Assembly: GCF_963921235.1 (NCBI RefSeq)
Contig: NC_086097.1
Coordinates: forward strand, 225,000,001 to 225,064,000
DNA from: Mobula hypostoma
Lineage: Eukaryota
Length of the DNA stretch: 64,000 bases
Direction of reading: 5' to 3'
The translations under genes and the position numbers were made by a program. Below the pieces are notes generated by a model. The model was given only the letters and a program-made list of their open reading frames with translations, ran no database searches and was not told the DNA's origin. Below are positions 1-10,455 of this stretch, in pieces; the first letter of the stretch is position 1, and every line of letters begins with the position of its first letter.

Positions 1-143
1 CTGAGTAGCCAGGGCATCAAAGGTTATGGTGAGAAGGCGGGGGAGTGGGACTAAATAGGCGAATGGATCAGCTCATGATAAAATGGCGCAGCAGACTCGA
101 TGGGCCGATTAGCCTACTTCTGCTTTGTCTTATGGTTTTATGA
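1..143 (+). mobile_element. CR1 LINE 3' end fragment
   Basis: Contains the GGCATCAAAGGTTATGG ORF2 end, the 3' hairpin and a TCTTATGG-type tail shared with other CR1 copies in the window. Confidence 0.75.
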
Positions 144-2739
144 TCAAAGCTTTGGTCATCTGCCCTGGTACCTCTTTATGTAGGGTGGAATCGTTTGCTG
201 TTTGTTAATGTTTCCATGTGTTGCTTGTAACTTTTTGGATGCTCAAAGTTCTATATAAATGAAAGTCCATGTCATTCTTCATGCAACAGCACCTTCTGAA
301 TAGTCTTGTTTTATTCCCCATGAAAATTTCAGGCTTCTGCATGAATGCTCCAATGTTGGACACCCCATGGTGTCCAGTGACAGAGTGTGAAACCAGCTGC
401 AGTTCCCCAGCATTTACACTGGGGAGCCTGCCAGTTGGAGCCGTGCCAGACTGAACCTGCCACAGGTTCATACATTTCAATGGAAAAGAGTAACTACAAA
501 GTAGAAGAGCTTTTTAACTTTTTTTCTTGAAGTACACTTGCAAAAACATTTTTGCACATTTTATATTTCTGTTGTTTTTAAGCTTTTTAAGAGTTTGACT
601 TTTGTCTTAATCTTAATGAGTTAAGATATTTATTCTTGCACTAGTTCTTTCACATTGCTTTGGATGTTATAGATTTTGAGGTATGTCTTCCCTGAAGAAG
701 TTTAAATCACCTCTTTGATGGAAGTTCAGTGAGAACTTCTCTCACTGCTTCCCCTGTGTTCTGTGTGATTCTCTAAGTCTTCAATCATATGCTCAGTCAC
801 TCATTCCTCACCTATCACCTGCAAGCTTTTGAATCCCAATGATATCTATTGTTTAGCTTAGCCAACTAGTAAAAGTATTCCCATGAATGAAAATCAAAAA
901 AAGAAAATCTGTAGAAGGAAGAAATCTAAAATGTCAAAAGAGAAATAGTCAATGTTTTGGATATGCAACCTTTTATCAGAACTGATAAAGAGAAAATCAC
1001 GAATTAACTTTCAGTAGAAAGAAGGTGAGGGGCAGGTGAATGGAGCAAAGGGAATGTCTGTGATAGGATGGGTAGAAATGACTTAATTAAAGCAGTTCCA
1101 GGCACTTTAAGTTTATGGTCTGCATAATGTGTTGTTAATGGTAAGGTTGCGAGACCTCCTCAGCTGGCCAGACTTCTACAAGTGGTAAGAAAGACTGAGG
1201 AAATGTGGTACTAAAACAGATAACTGAAAATGCTGGAAAAATTCAGCACGTCAGGCATATTCTATAGAAAAAGGTACAGTTAATGCTTCAAATGATGGAC
1301 CATTCATCAGGCTGGAGAAAGGGAAAAAGCAAGTTAGTCTTGGTTTCAGAGAATTGTGTGTGTGTTGGTGGGGGTGGTTAGTTGTGGTGTAACAAAGGGA
1401 ATATCTCTGATTGGACGATGGATCACATTAAGACGCTAGGCCTGCATAAGTTGTTGCTAATGTAGTTCTGGCTTCCTGGAGCATTTCCAGCTGTTCTGAG
1501 ATGGTGCTCAGTCTTGTGACAATATTGCTACTGGCTAAGTCCTTTCACTACACAGGGTCCTGCCACTTAGGATTGGAAAGGTATTGGCAGCAAATTCCAG
1601 TCCAGAATTTCTTAAAGTAAATAATTCTGCCATTCCAATAGCAACAGATCGATGATATGTGTTATTCTTGAACAAAGAAAATGTAGGTATAAATTTTAGG
1701 TTTAATCTTGTAGGGAGGAAGTGCAAATAAGCTAGTCATGCTGTTACATACTTGTGTGCCACAGGCTTCTAGTCACAAATGTAAATACATCCCAGCACGA
1801 GTTATGGAAACGAAAGTAAGTTGAAGAAAAATAAATGGAGCAGAAGCTGGTTCACCTTACTTAGGAAAGTTGTTAAGAATCAGAGTGCAGCAAGTTAACA
1901 TTAATACTCAGAGGAAAAAAATGAGATCTCACTGAGTGGGTTGACATTGCGACTGTGGAATAAGTACTTATAACTCATCCTCCTTCCTTAGGCTATGCCT
2001 AGAGAGCTGATGCTGACAGGCCTCAAGGCTGGCGTACAGCACCAGCATTGTATGGGGTGGGGGGTGGGGTGGGGGGGGCAGGGGTGAAAGAGAGTAGAAT
2101 CAGATCCAACACTGCTTGAAATGTTTGTTTGGCAGAAGACAAGTTGTATTGTGTTTGACTCCAGACCCCTGTAACATTCATGGACTCAGGGTTTTGGACT
2201 ATATTTTGCTTTGTGTGACTTGTATTTTACTGATATCTTATATGTGCCTTGTGCTATGTGTGACTGTTGGTGCAGTGCTTCACACCTTGACCCTGGAGTA
2301 ATGCTGCTCCATCTAGCTGTATTCACGAGTAATTTGTGTGTAGTTGAATAAAAATTAAACTTGTACTTGAAGGTAATAGTCAGAAAAACCAGTGTCTTAA
2401 GCTTGGGATGGGAGAGTTGGCTCAGTCCAGCTTTGTACATTGAAGTACAGATTTATTAAGTGAGTGAGCATTTCACTCTTTGGGGGCTGGAAATATACAA
2501 CAGGTCCTCCTTTGGAAGCTATGTCCACAAACCTGAGTTTGGCTGGAGTATGTGGAGTGCAGCTTCAGCAAAATTTCATGATTGGAAGACCACAAGAACC
2601 TAAGATGTAGGAGCAGAATTAGGCAATTTGGCCCATTAAATCTGTCCCACTATTCAATCATATCTCATTTTTTTCAACCCCATTCTCCTATCACTTCCCT
2701 GCAACACTTAACCTCCATATCAATCTAGACCTACCTCAG

Positions 2740-3272
2740 GATGTACCTAATAAAGTGGCCACTGTGTGCATGTCAGTGGTCTTCTGCTGCTGTAGCCCAT
2801 CCATGTCAAAGTCTGATGCTATTGTGCGTTCAGAGACGCTCTTTTGGATACTGCTGTTGTAACATGTGGCTATCTGAGCTGCTGTCGCTGTTCTGTCAGC
2901 TTGAACCATCCTGCTCTGACCTCTCTCATTAACAACACGTTTTCGCCCACAGAACTACCACTCACCGGATGCTTTAGATTTTTCACACCATTCTCTGTAA
3001 ATTCTAGAGACTGTTGTGCGTGAAAATGCCAGAAGATCAACAATTTATGAGGTACTCAAACCATCCCACCTGGCACCCAAATATCATTCCATGGTCATAG
3101 TCACTTAGAACACGTTTCTTTCCCCATTCTGATGTTTGCTCTGAGTACCAACTGAACCTCATGACTTTGCCTGCAAGCTTTTATGCATTGAGTTGCTGTC
3201 ACGTGATAGACTAATTAGCTATTTGCATTAACAAGCTGGTATGCCAGGTCTATCTAATAAAGTGGCTACTGA
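2740..3272 (-). mobile_element. Tc1-like DNA transposon relic inserted in a CR1 3' fragment
   Basis: The terminal motif TACCTAATAAAGTGGCCACTG is near 2744, with a diverged copy near 3251. The minus strand resembles a decayed Tc1 transposase N-terminus. CR1 3' pieces flank it (about 2595-2735 and 3275-3385). Confidence 0.65.
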
Positions 3273-3851
3273 ATTTATCAAGCCCTGACTTAAACACCAA
3301 TGACTTGACCGCCAAATTCCTCCATGGCAACAAATTCCATCGCCACCCTCTGGCTAAAGAAATTCCTCCTCTTCCCAGTTTTGAAGGAAAGGGAGGTTCA
3401 ATCTAGTGTAGTTTGAAGGGTGTTAGGTTGAAGAAAGTTTCAATCCAGTACAGTTTGAATCGTGTCAGGCTGGGATATCGGACCCAGCAGTTCTTTAAAT
3501 TCTTTAGATTATTTTCATTATTTAAATGTTGGTGCATTAGCATTAATTGAATGGCAAGGATTTGGAAGCTATCATGTTGGAAAGATTGGCTAAATATAAA
3601 GACTGAAAGAAGACTGAATGGAAACTGTGCTGGTTAAGGGTTATGCTTCGAAATCAATATTGTTTGAATGGTGGTATGTTGGTACTGCTAGTGTTTAAAG
3701 TGTGGGTGATTGGAAATGATAGGTGAAGGGGTTGATCCAGCGTTGCTTGAAGGGGTGAAATCACAACCAGTGTCATTTGAGTAACTGGAGATCGGAATTG
3801 AAGGGTGGCATTTTGGCACCCATTTAAAAAAAAGTCTCACTAAGTAAATGG

Positions 3852-4340
3852 ACCAGTGCGATCTGTGGTGGCCAGTGCAATCATGTTTGCTGTTGTGAGC
3901 TGGGGCAGCAGGCTGAGGGTAGCAGACACCAACAGAATCAACAAACTCATTCGTAAGGCCAGTGATGTTGTGGGGATGGAACTGGACTCTCTGATGGTGG
4001 TGTCTGAAAAGAGGATGCTGTCCAAGTTGCATGCCATCTTGGACAATGTCTCCCATAATGTACTGGTTGGGCACAGGAGTACATTCAGCCAGAGACTCAT
4101 TCCACCGAGATGCAACACAGAGCGTCATAGGAAGTCATTCCTGCCTGCGGCCATCAAACTTTACAACTCCTCCCTTGGAGGGTCAGACACCCTGAGCCAA
4201 TAGGCTGGTCCTGGACTTATTTCCTGGCATAATTTACGTATTACTATTTAACTATTTATGGTTTTATTACTATTTAATTATTTATGGTGCAACTGTAACG
4301 AAAACCAATTTCCCCTGGGATCAATCAAGTATGACTATGA
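3852..4340 (+). mobile_element. Rex-Babar-like LINE 3' fragment
   Basis: ORF 3856-4203 (VVASAIMFAVVSWGS...RKSFLPAAIKLYN) resembles a LINE RT C-terminus. It ends in a short TATGAC repeat tail. Confidence 0.8.
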
Positions 4341-4394
4341 CATTGCACCATTTCAGAACTGTAAGTTGTACTGGTTTGCCTTTCTTCCATAGTG

Positions 4395-5235
4395 CACAGC
4401 TCTCCTCCATTAGATTCCTTCTACTTCAGCTGTTTTAAAGAAAATTTATTATCAAAATCATCCAATACTATCCTGAGATTTATTTTTGCAGGCATTCACA
4501 GTAGAATAAAGATGTACAATAGAATCAATGAAAAACTATACACAAAGCTGGACTAGCAGCCAAAGTGCAAAAGGAGCCAAGCTATGCAAATACAAAAAAA
4601 AGAAACAATATTAATAATAATAAATGACCTCTTCCATCTCTTCCCTCCCAGCTTCTTACTTTATCCCCATTCCCCCACCCACCCACCTTGCCACTCACCT
4701 GTTCTCACCTTTCACTTACCTGCTTAGAGCTTTGCAGATTTTTTGCTATTGAATAAAACTTACATCCGGTATTGAGGTGTTTGCTGAGCTTGGCAATTAT
4801 CTTGCAGATGTTTCCTCACCAGTTGAGGTGACGTCTTCAGCGTGTAGTTGATGGTGATTCTCTTTGTTAGTGATCACCTTCACCTAGTCTCACCTGGTCC
4901 TGATGAAGGGTCTCAGCCCAAAATGTTGACTACTTATTCCTCTCCATAGATGCTACCTGACCTGCTGAGTTCCTCCAGCATTTTGTGTGTGTTACTCTGG
5001 TCTCACCTATCACCTAACAGCTTGTACTCTTTCCTTTCTACTCCCCTCCCCACCCCACCCCCTACCTTCTTATTCAGGCTCCTGGCACCTTCCTTTCCAG
5101 TTCTGACAAAAGGTGTCAGCCCAAAATGTCAACAGTTTATTCTCCCACATCGATGCTGCCTGACTTGCTGAGTTCCTCCAGCATTGTATGTGTTGCTTAA
5201 GATTTCTAGTATCTGCAGAATCTCTTGAGTTTATG
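4395..5235 (+). mobile_element. Nested Penelope-like 3'/pLTR fragments with decayed hammerhead motifs
   Basis: C/T-rich 3' region and two AGATGCTGCCTGACCTGCTGAGTTCCTCCAGCA-type modules, homologous to the end of the PLE at 54695-57561. Confidence 0.75.
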
Positions 5236-5539
5236 ATTTTCTTTTGTGTCTGAGAGCTCTGTACACTGGCCAGAGTGCGGGTGTCAGCACTGGCACATTT
5301 TGAAAGACGTGGGGTTTGAATCAATGTTGTGTGAAGTGTGACCATTGAATACTGGCATTGGATGATGGGTGGGATTCAGTAAAGTTATCGTTTAAAGGGT
5401 GAGTGATTGGAAGAGACTGGGGGTCAGTCTTGCGTTGGTTGAAGGGTGGGGAATCAGAATCAAAATTGCTTGAAAGAGTGGGGGAGGTCAGGACTGGTAT
5501 TGTTTCAAGAGTGGGGATCAAAACAGTCACCATTTCAAG

Positions 5540-5619
5540 CAGAGGTTCTCAACCTTTTTTCTGCCATGGACCCCTACCATTAACCAAGGGATCCATGGAT
5601 CCCAGGTTGGGAACTTCTG
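5540..5619. mobile_element. ~80-bp hAT-like MITE, copy 1
   Basis: CAGAGGTTCTCAACCT ... AGGTTGGGAACTTCTG inverted termini. The internal CCTACCATTAAC is shared with copies at 6563 and 37680. Confidence 0.75.
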
Positions 5620-6562
5620 GTTAAAGAGAGGAGATCAAAACAAGGAACCTTTTTGGAGTCTGTGTTTCGGATTGGTGAATGGTGATTTAAAAACTATCAT
5701 TATTTGAACCAACCTGGTAAGTTTTGAATATTGGGGCATTTATTGAAGAATCACACATTGGAACAGACATTGTTTAAAGAGAGAGAAGTCAAAAACAGTA
5801 CTATATGAATGGCCAGAATTGGGAATCTCCTCTATTTCAATAGAAAGTGATTGTTAATGGAGTGTGGTTCAGAAATGCTTCTATCTAAATTATCTAAATG
5901 AAATTATATTGGTATTCTCACTATTTATATAGTGATACCTCCAAGCCAGCACAGTTGAAGGAATTGAGCAGATGGGACGATATTATTTCAAGAATGTAAG
6001 GATCAAAATTAAATTTTATGAAGGGTAAGGATTGGAACTATATTCTTCAAAGGACGAGTGGTTGGAACTGGCCCTGGGACCCTGCACTGTGGCTGGGTTT
6101 TGGGATTTGGCACAGATATCTTTTGAGGGTGATTATTTGGAACTGGCATTCTTTGAAGTATTGATGTGTTGTAATCAAAATGACGAGGAATAGGAAATGT
6201 ATATAGGGAATGGTACTGTTGGAAGGGATGGAGTTCAAAACTTATCTTTTTGGAAGTGTAGGATGCCTTGTTTGATGACCTATGAGTTGGAACTAGCATT
6301 TCATGAAGTGTGGAGCAGTCTGTTTGAGTGCTGAATTATGATGAATGCTTGAGTGGTCATTGCTTGAAGAAAGCAGGATTAGAAAAATCATGGTGACAAG
6401 ATTGAGGACAGGATTCAGATCATTATACATTAAAGGGTTCGACTCAGAGCCAATATTGCGTCAAGTGTGGAACACTGGCAACCATCAGAAAACAGACCTC
6501 ATTCAATGAGCTATATAAGTGGTTCTTTCTGTGGCTGGGCCCAAGTTGTGGACAGCCGTCAG

Positions 6563-6642
6563 CAGGGTTCCCAAACTTTTTTTACGCTCTGAACGCCTAC
6601 CATTAACTGAGGGGTTTGTGGATCCCAGGCTGAGAACCCCTG
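6563..6642. mobile_element. ~80-bp hAT-like MITE, copy 2
   Basis: CAGGGTTCCCAAAC ... GGCTGAGAACCCCTG termini with the same internal sequence as copy 1. Confidence 0.7.
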
Positions 6643-8278
6643 ACTTACAGTGTGGCTGGAGAATGAGGCTTGGCAATGGCATTATACAATGGTAAGAGAA
6701 CCTTAACCAGTATTATTTCACACCATGCAATGTGTGAGAGCCATTGCTCTAAACAGTTCAGTTCTAAAGAGTACAGAATAGGATCAAACATTGTTTGAAG
6801 GTGTTGATTGAAAGTTTAAGTTTCAGAATAGATATTCGTGGAAGGATAGCATGTCTTATTTGAAGATTGGTGAAATAGAGCTGGCACTATATGAAGAGAA
6901 GGAGACAGGAGCCTGTCTATTTTTTTCAAGGGGGAAGATTAGAACTGATATTGTTTTAGGTTTGGAGCATTGTGACCATCATGGTTTGAAGATTAGCACT
7001 TCGGAATCAGTCATTTTTAAGAGGAAGGAATAGCGCTTAGCTTACCTTGTAAGGTCCAAAGGTTTGCAGCATTTATATCAAGGACAGGGTTTGAGGAAGC
7101 GTTGCTTGATTGGTGGGGTGTGTAGGAAGAAGTATTGCTTGAGGGGTGGAAAGTTGGAATGTTCTTTGTTTGAAGGGTGGGTAAATCAGAGACTATTTTT
7201 GGAAATTATAGTAAATTGATATTATTTAAAGGTTAGTGGATTTGATCTGCTGATGTTTGAAAATCCATTTGGAATTTTGGAAGCAGAATTATTTGAAGGT
7301 TGAGAATATATATAAAAAATCTGTAGATGCTGAAAATTAAAAGTGAAAACAGCATCTTTGGAAAGAGAAGCAGTTAATATTTCTAATTCAGAGAGTTGGC
7401 ATATTTAGGTATAGAGGGTATTATGGGTATAAAGAGAAGGTGGTATGAGGAATTGATAAGGCATAGGGAATATTTGTTCCAGGATGAGACTGGGTTAATA
7501 AGGCAGTTAGAGGCTGGTTATCCTTTTTGTCTGGGTTACGTTGCAGCTAGAAGCAAGATTGTGTCCGGTAGCTCAGACTAATTGACAGAAAAAAATATAG
7601 GGCAAAATTATACTAAAGTTGGAAAATTCACATTTTCAAGGAGGCTCAACTGAGACTTAAAAGTTAAAGGTTTGAGAACAGGCATTATTTGAAGAGGGAT
7701 AGAAGCCAGATAGGTCAGGGAGATCAGTCTGGGGAATCAGAAGTGGAATGTAATGAGACAGGCAGATTAAGACTTGTGATTTTTTTTGGAAGTGAGGGAA
7801 GTTCAGAGATGTGTGCAGGCTGGAAATCAATTAGGGGTGCAGAATGGGCTGAGAGTAAATGTTGATAATTTACTTACCTTGTAGACATTCCATTCCGGTG
7901 TCGCTCCAGTCTGACCATATTGTCTTGTGCATGCCAAGTGACTGGTGCAGATATAACAATGTAGTTCAGATTTCCCTGGAGTGCTGCACAATGAATAATG
8001 TCCTCCTGTGCATCCCTGACTCGAAACTCACATACTCAGAGACTGACTCAACTAGAAAGTTTCGAGTGGAGCTTTCAGAGTGACGTAATGCAGTCCAGAA
8101 ACGGTCGCTATCGCATTTCACTTCGGGGAAGAAAATTATTTTCGATTGCATAATGCTGATAACGTTATTGAATTTCTTGGCATCCGTCTTTTTCAGTTTG
8201 ACGACTTGTCATTTTAAAATCCCACTGACAGCGCTGACTGTATTCTGGCTGATAGTTATATGCTATGTGAACCCTCAG

Positions 8279-8373
8279 GTTTAATCGGCAATGTGTTATT
8301 GACAAAGACAAGAGGAACCAGTGCAGATATTGCAGATTGAAGAAATGTTTTCGAGCTGGGATGAAGAAAGAAG
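8279..8373 (+). CDS. HNF4G: HNF4 gamma coding exon: second zinc finger of the DNA-binding domain
   Basis: cag|G TTT AAT CGG ... AAA GAA G|gtaag, 95 bp. Translates [31 protein letters not shown], the NR2A second C4 finger. Confidence 0.96.
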
Positions 8374-8429
8374 GTAAGACTGTCAAAGGATGATCAAGTG
8401 AATCACTAACCAAAAAAAAAATGTATATA

Positions 8430-8531
8430 TATATTTTTTATTTAGCAATACAGCGAGGAGTAGGCCCCTCTGGCACTTCAAGCCTTGCCACCCCAGCGAC
8501 CCCTCAACCCTGATTAACCCTAACTTAATCA
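8430..8531 (-). mobile_element. 3' half of a tRNA-derived SINE split by CR1 insertions (rest at 13506-13715)
   Basis: The sequence resumes after a duplicated TTAATCA at 13506. Confidence 0.6.
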
Positions 8532-10455
8532 TAAGACCATAAGATATAGGAGCAGAGGTAGGCCATTTGGCCCATTGAGTGTGCCTCGCCATTCAATCAT
8601 GGGCTGGTCCAATTCTTCCAGTCATCCCCACTCCCCTGCCTTCACCCCATACCCTTTGATTCCCTAGATAATCAAGAACCTATCTATCTCTGCCTTAAAT
8701 GCACCCAATGACTTGGCCTCCACAACCGTTGTGGCAACAAATTCCACAGACTTACCACCCCCGACTAATTTCCCTGCCTTCACCCCATACCCTTTGATTC
8801 CCTGGATAATCAAGAACCTATCTATCTCTGCCTTAAATGCACCCAATGACTTGGCCTCCACAACCGCTCGTGGCAACAAATTCCACAGACTTACCATCCC
8901 CGACTAATTTCTCCACATCTCTGTTCTAAATCCCCTACCATGGGAAATAACTTTGCCATTTCTAATCTGTTCGGACCTTTTAACATTTGGGATGTTTCTA
9001 AGAGATCCCCCCTCATTCTCCTGAACTCCAGTTAATACAGCCCAAGAGCTGCCAGATGTTCCTCATACAATAACCCTTTTATTCCTGGAATTATTCTTGT
9101 GAATCTTCTCTGAACCCTCTCCTATGTCAGTATAGCCTTTCTAAAATAAGGAACCCAAAACTCCGCACAGTACTCCGAGTGTGGTCTCACGAGTGCCTTA
9201 TAGAGCCTCAACATCACATCCCTGCTCTTACATTCTATACCTCTAGAAATGAATGCCAACATTGCATTCGCCTTTTTCATCACCAACTCAACCTGGAGCT
9301 TAACCTTTAGGGTATCCTGCACAAAGACTCCCAAGACCCTTTGCATCTCTGCATTTCAATTCTCTCCCCATCTAAAAAGTAGTCTGCCTGTTTATATCTT
9401 CCACCAAAGTGCATGACCATACACTTTCCAACATTGTATTTCATTTGCCGCTTCTTTGCCCATTCCCCTAAACTAGCTTAGTCTCTCTGCAGGCTTTCTG
9501 TTTCCTCAACACTACCTGCTCCTCCACCTATCTTTGTATCATTGTCAAATTTAGCCACAAATCCATTAATCCCATAGTCCAAATCATTGACATGCATTGT
9601 AAAAAGCAGCGGTCCCAACACGGACCCCTGTGGAACTCCACTGTTAACCAGCAGCCAGCCAGAATAGGATCCCTTTACTCCTACACTCTGTTTTCTGCTG
9701 ATCAGCCAATGCTCTACCCACGCTAGTAACTCTACTGTAATTCCGTCGGCTCTTATCTTGCTAAGCAGCCTCAGGTATGGCACCTTATCAAAGACCTACT
9801 GAAATCCAAGTACACCACATCTACCGCGTCTCCTTTGTCTACCCTGCTTGTAATTTCCTCAAAAAATTCCAGTAGGTTAGTCAGGCAGGATTTTCCTTTC
9901 AGGAAACCATGCTGGCCTTGGCCTATCTTGTCATGTGCCTCCAGGTATTCCGTAATCTCATCACTAACTTCCCAACAGCTTCCCAACCACTGATGTCAGG
10001 CTAACTGGTCTATAGTTTTCTTGCTGCTGCATCCCACTCTTCTTAAATAGTGGAGTAACATTTGCAATTTTCCAGTCATCCGGTACAATGCCAGAATCTA
10101 TCGATTCTTGAACGATCATTGTTAATGCCTCTGCAATCTCTCCAGCTACTTCTTTCAGAACCCAAAGGTGCATTCCATCAGGTCCAGGAGATTTATTCAC
10201 CCTCAGACCATTAAGCTTCCTGAGCACCTTCTCAGTCGTAATTTTCACTGCACATGCTTCACTTCCCTGACACTCTTGAATGTCTGGTATACTGCAGGTG
10301 CCTTCCATTGTGAAGACTGATGCAAAATATGCATTCACTTCCTCTGCCATCTCTGCATCTCTCATTACAACATCTCCAGCTTCATTTTCTGTTTGTCCAA
10401 TATCTACCCCTAACTCTCGTTTTCCCTTTATATACTAAAAAAGCTTTTAGTATCT
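8532..10455 (-). mobile_element. CR1 LINE, 5'-truncated, decayed RT, with an internal 138-bp tandem duplication
   Basis: Minus-strand ORFs carry KSPGPDG, NYRPVSLTSVVGK, GVPQGSVLGP and VAKFDNDTK. 8634-8771 is repeated at 8772-8910. Confidence 0.92.

Noticed and set aside
205..480. Short ORFs as an exon of a neighbouring gene
   Set aside because: No recognisable protein similarity and no convincing splice pair.
3380..7310. Repeat-spacer pattern read as CRISPR or as a repetitive protein
   Set aside because: The core is degenerate, there is no long ORF, and the context is a vertebrate intron. Kept only as a decayed tandem array.
1..8278. HNF4 first zinc-finger exon (CAICGD...CDGCKGFF)
   Set aside because: Not found in any frame I could read. 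The candidate acceptor at 7884 gives an unrelated peptide ending in a stop. The exon most likely lies upstream of the window, so I do not claim exon loss.
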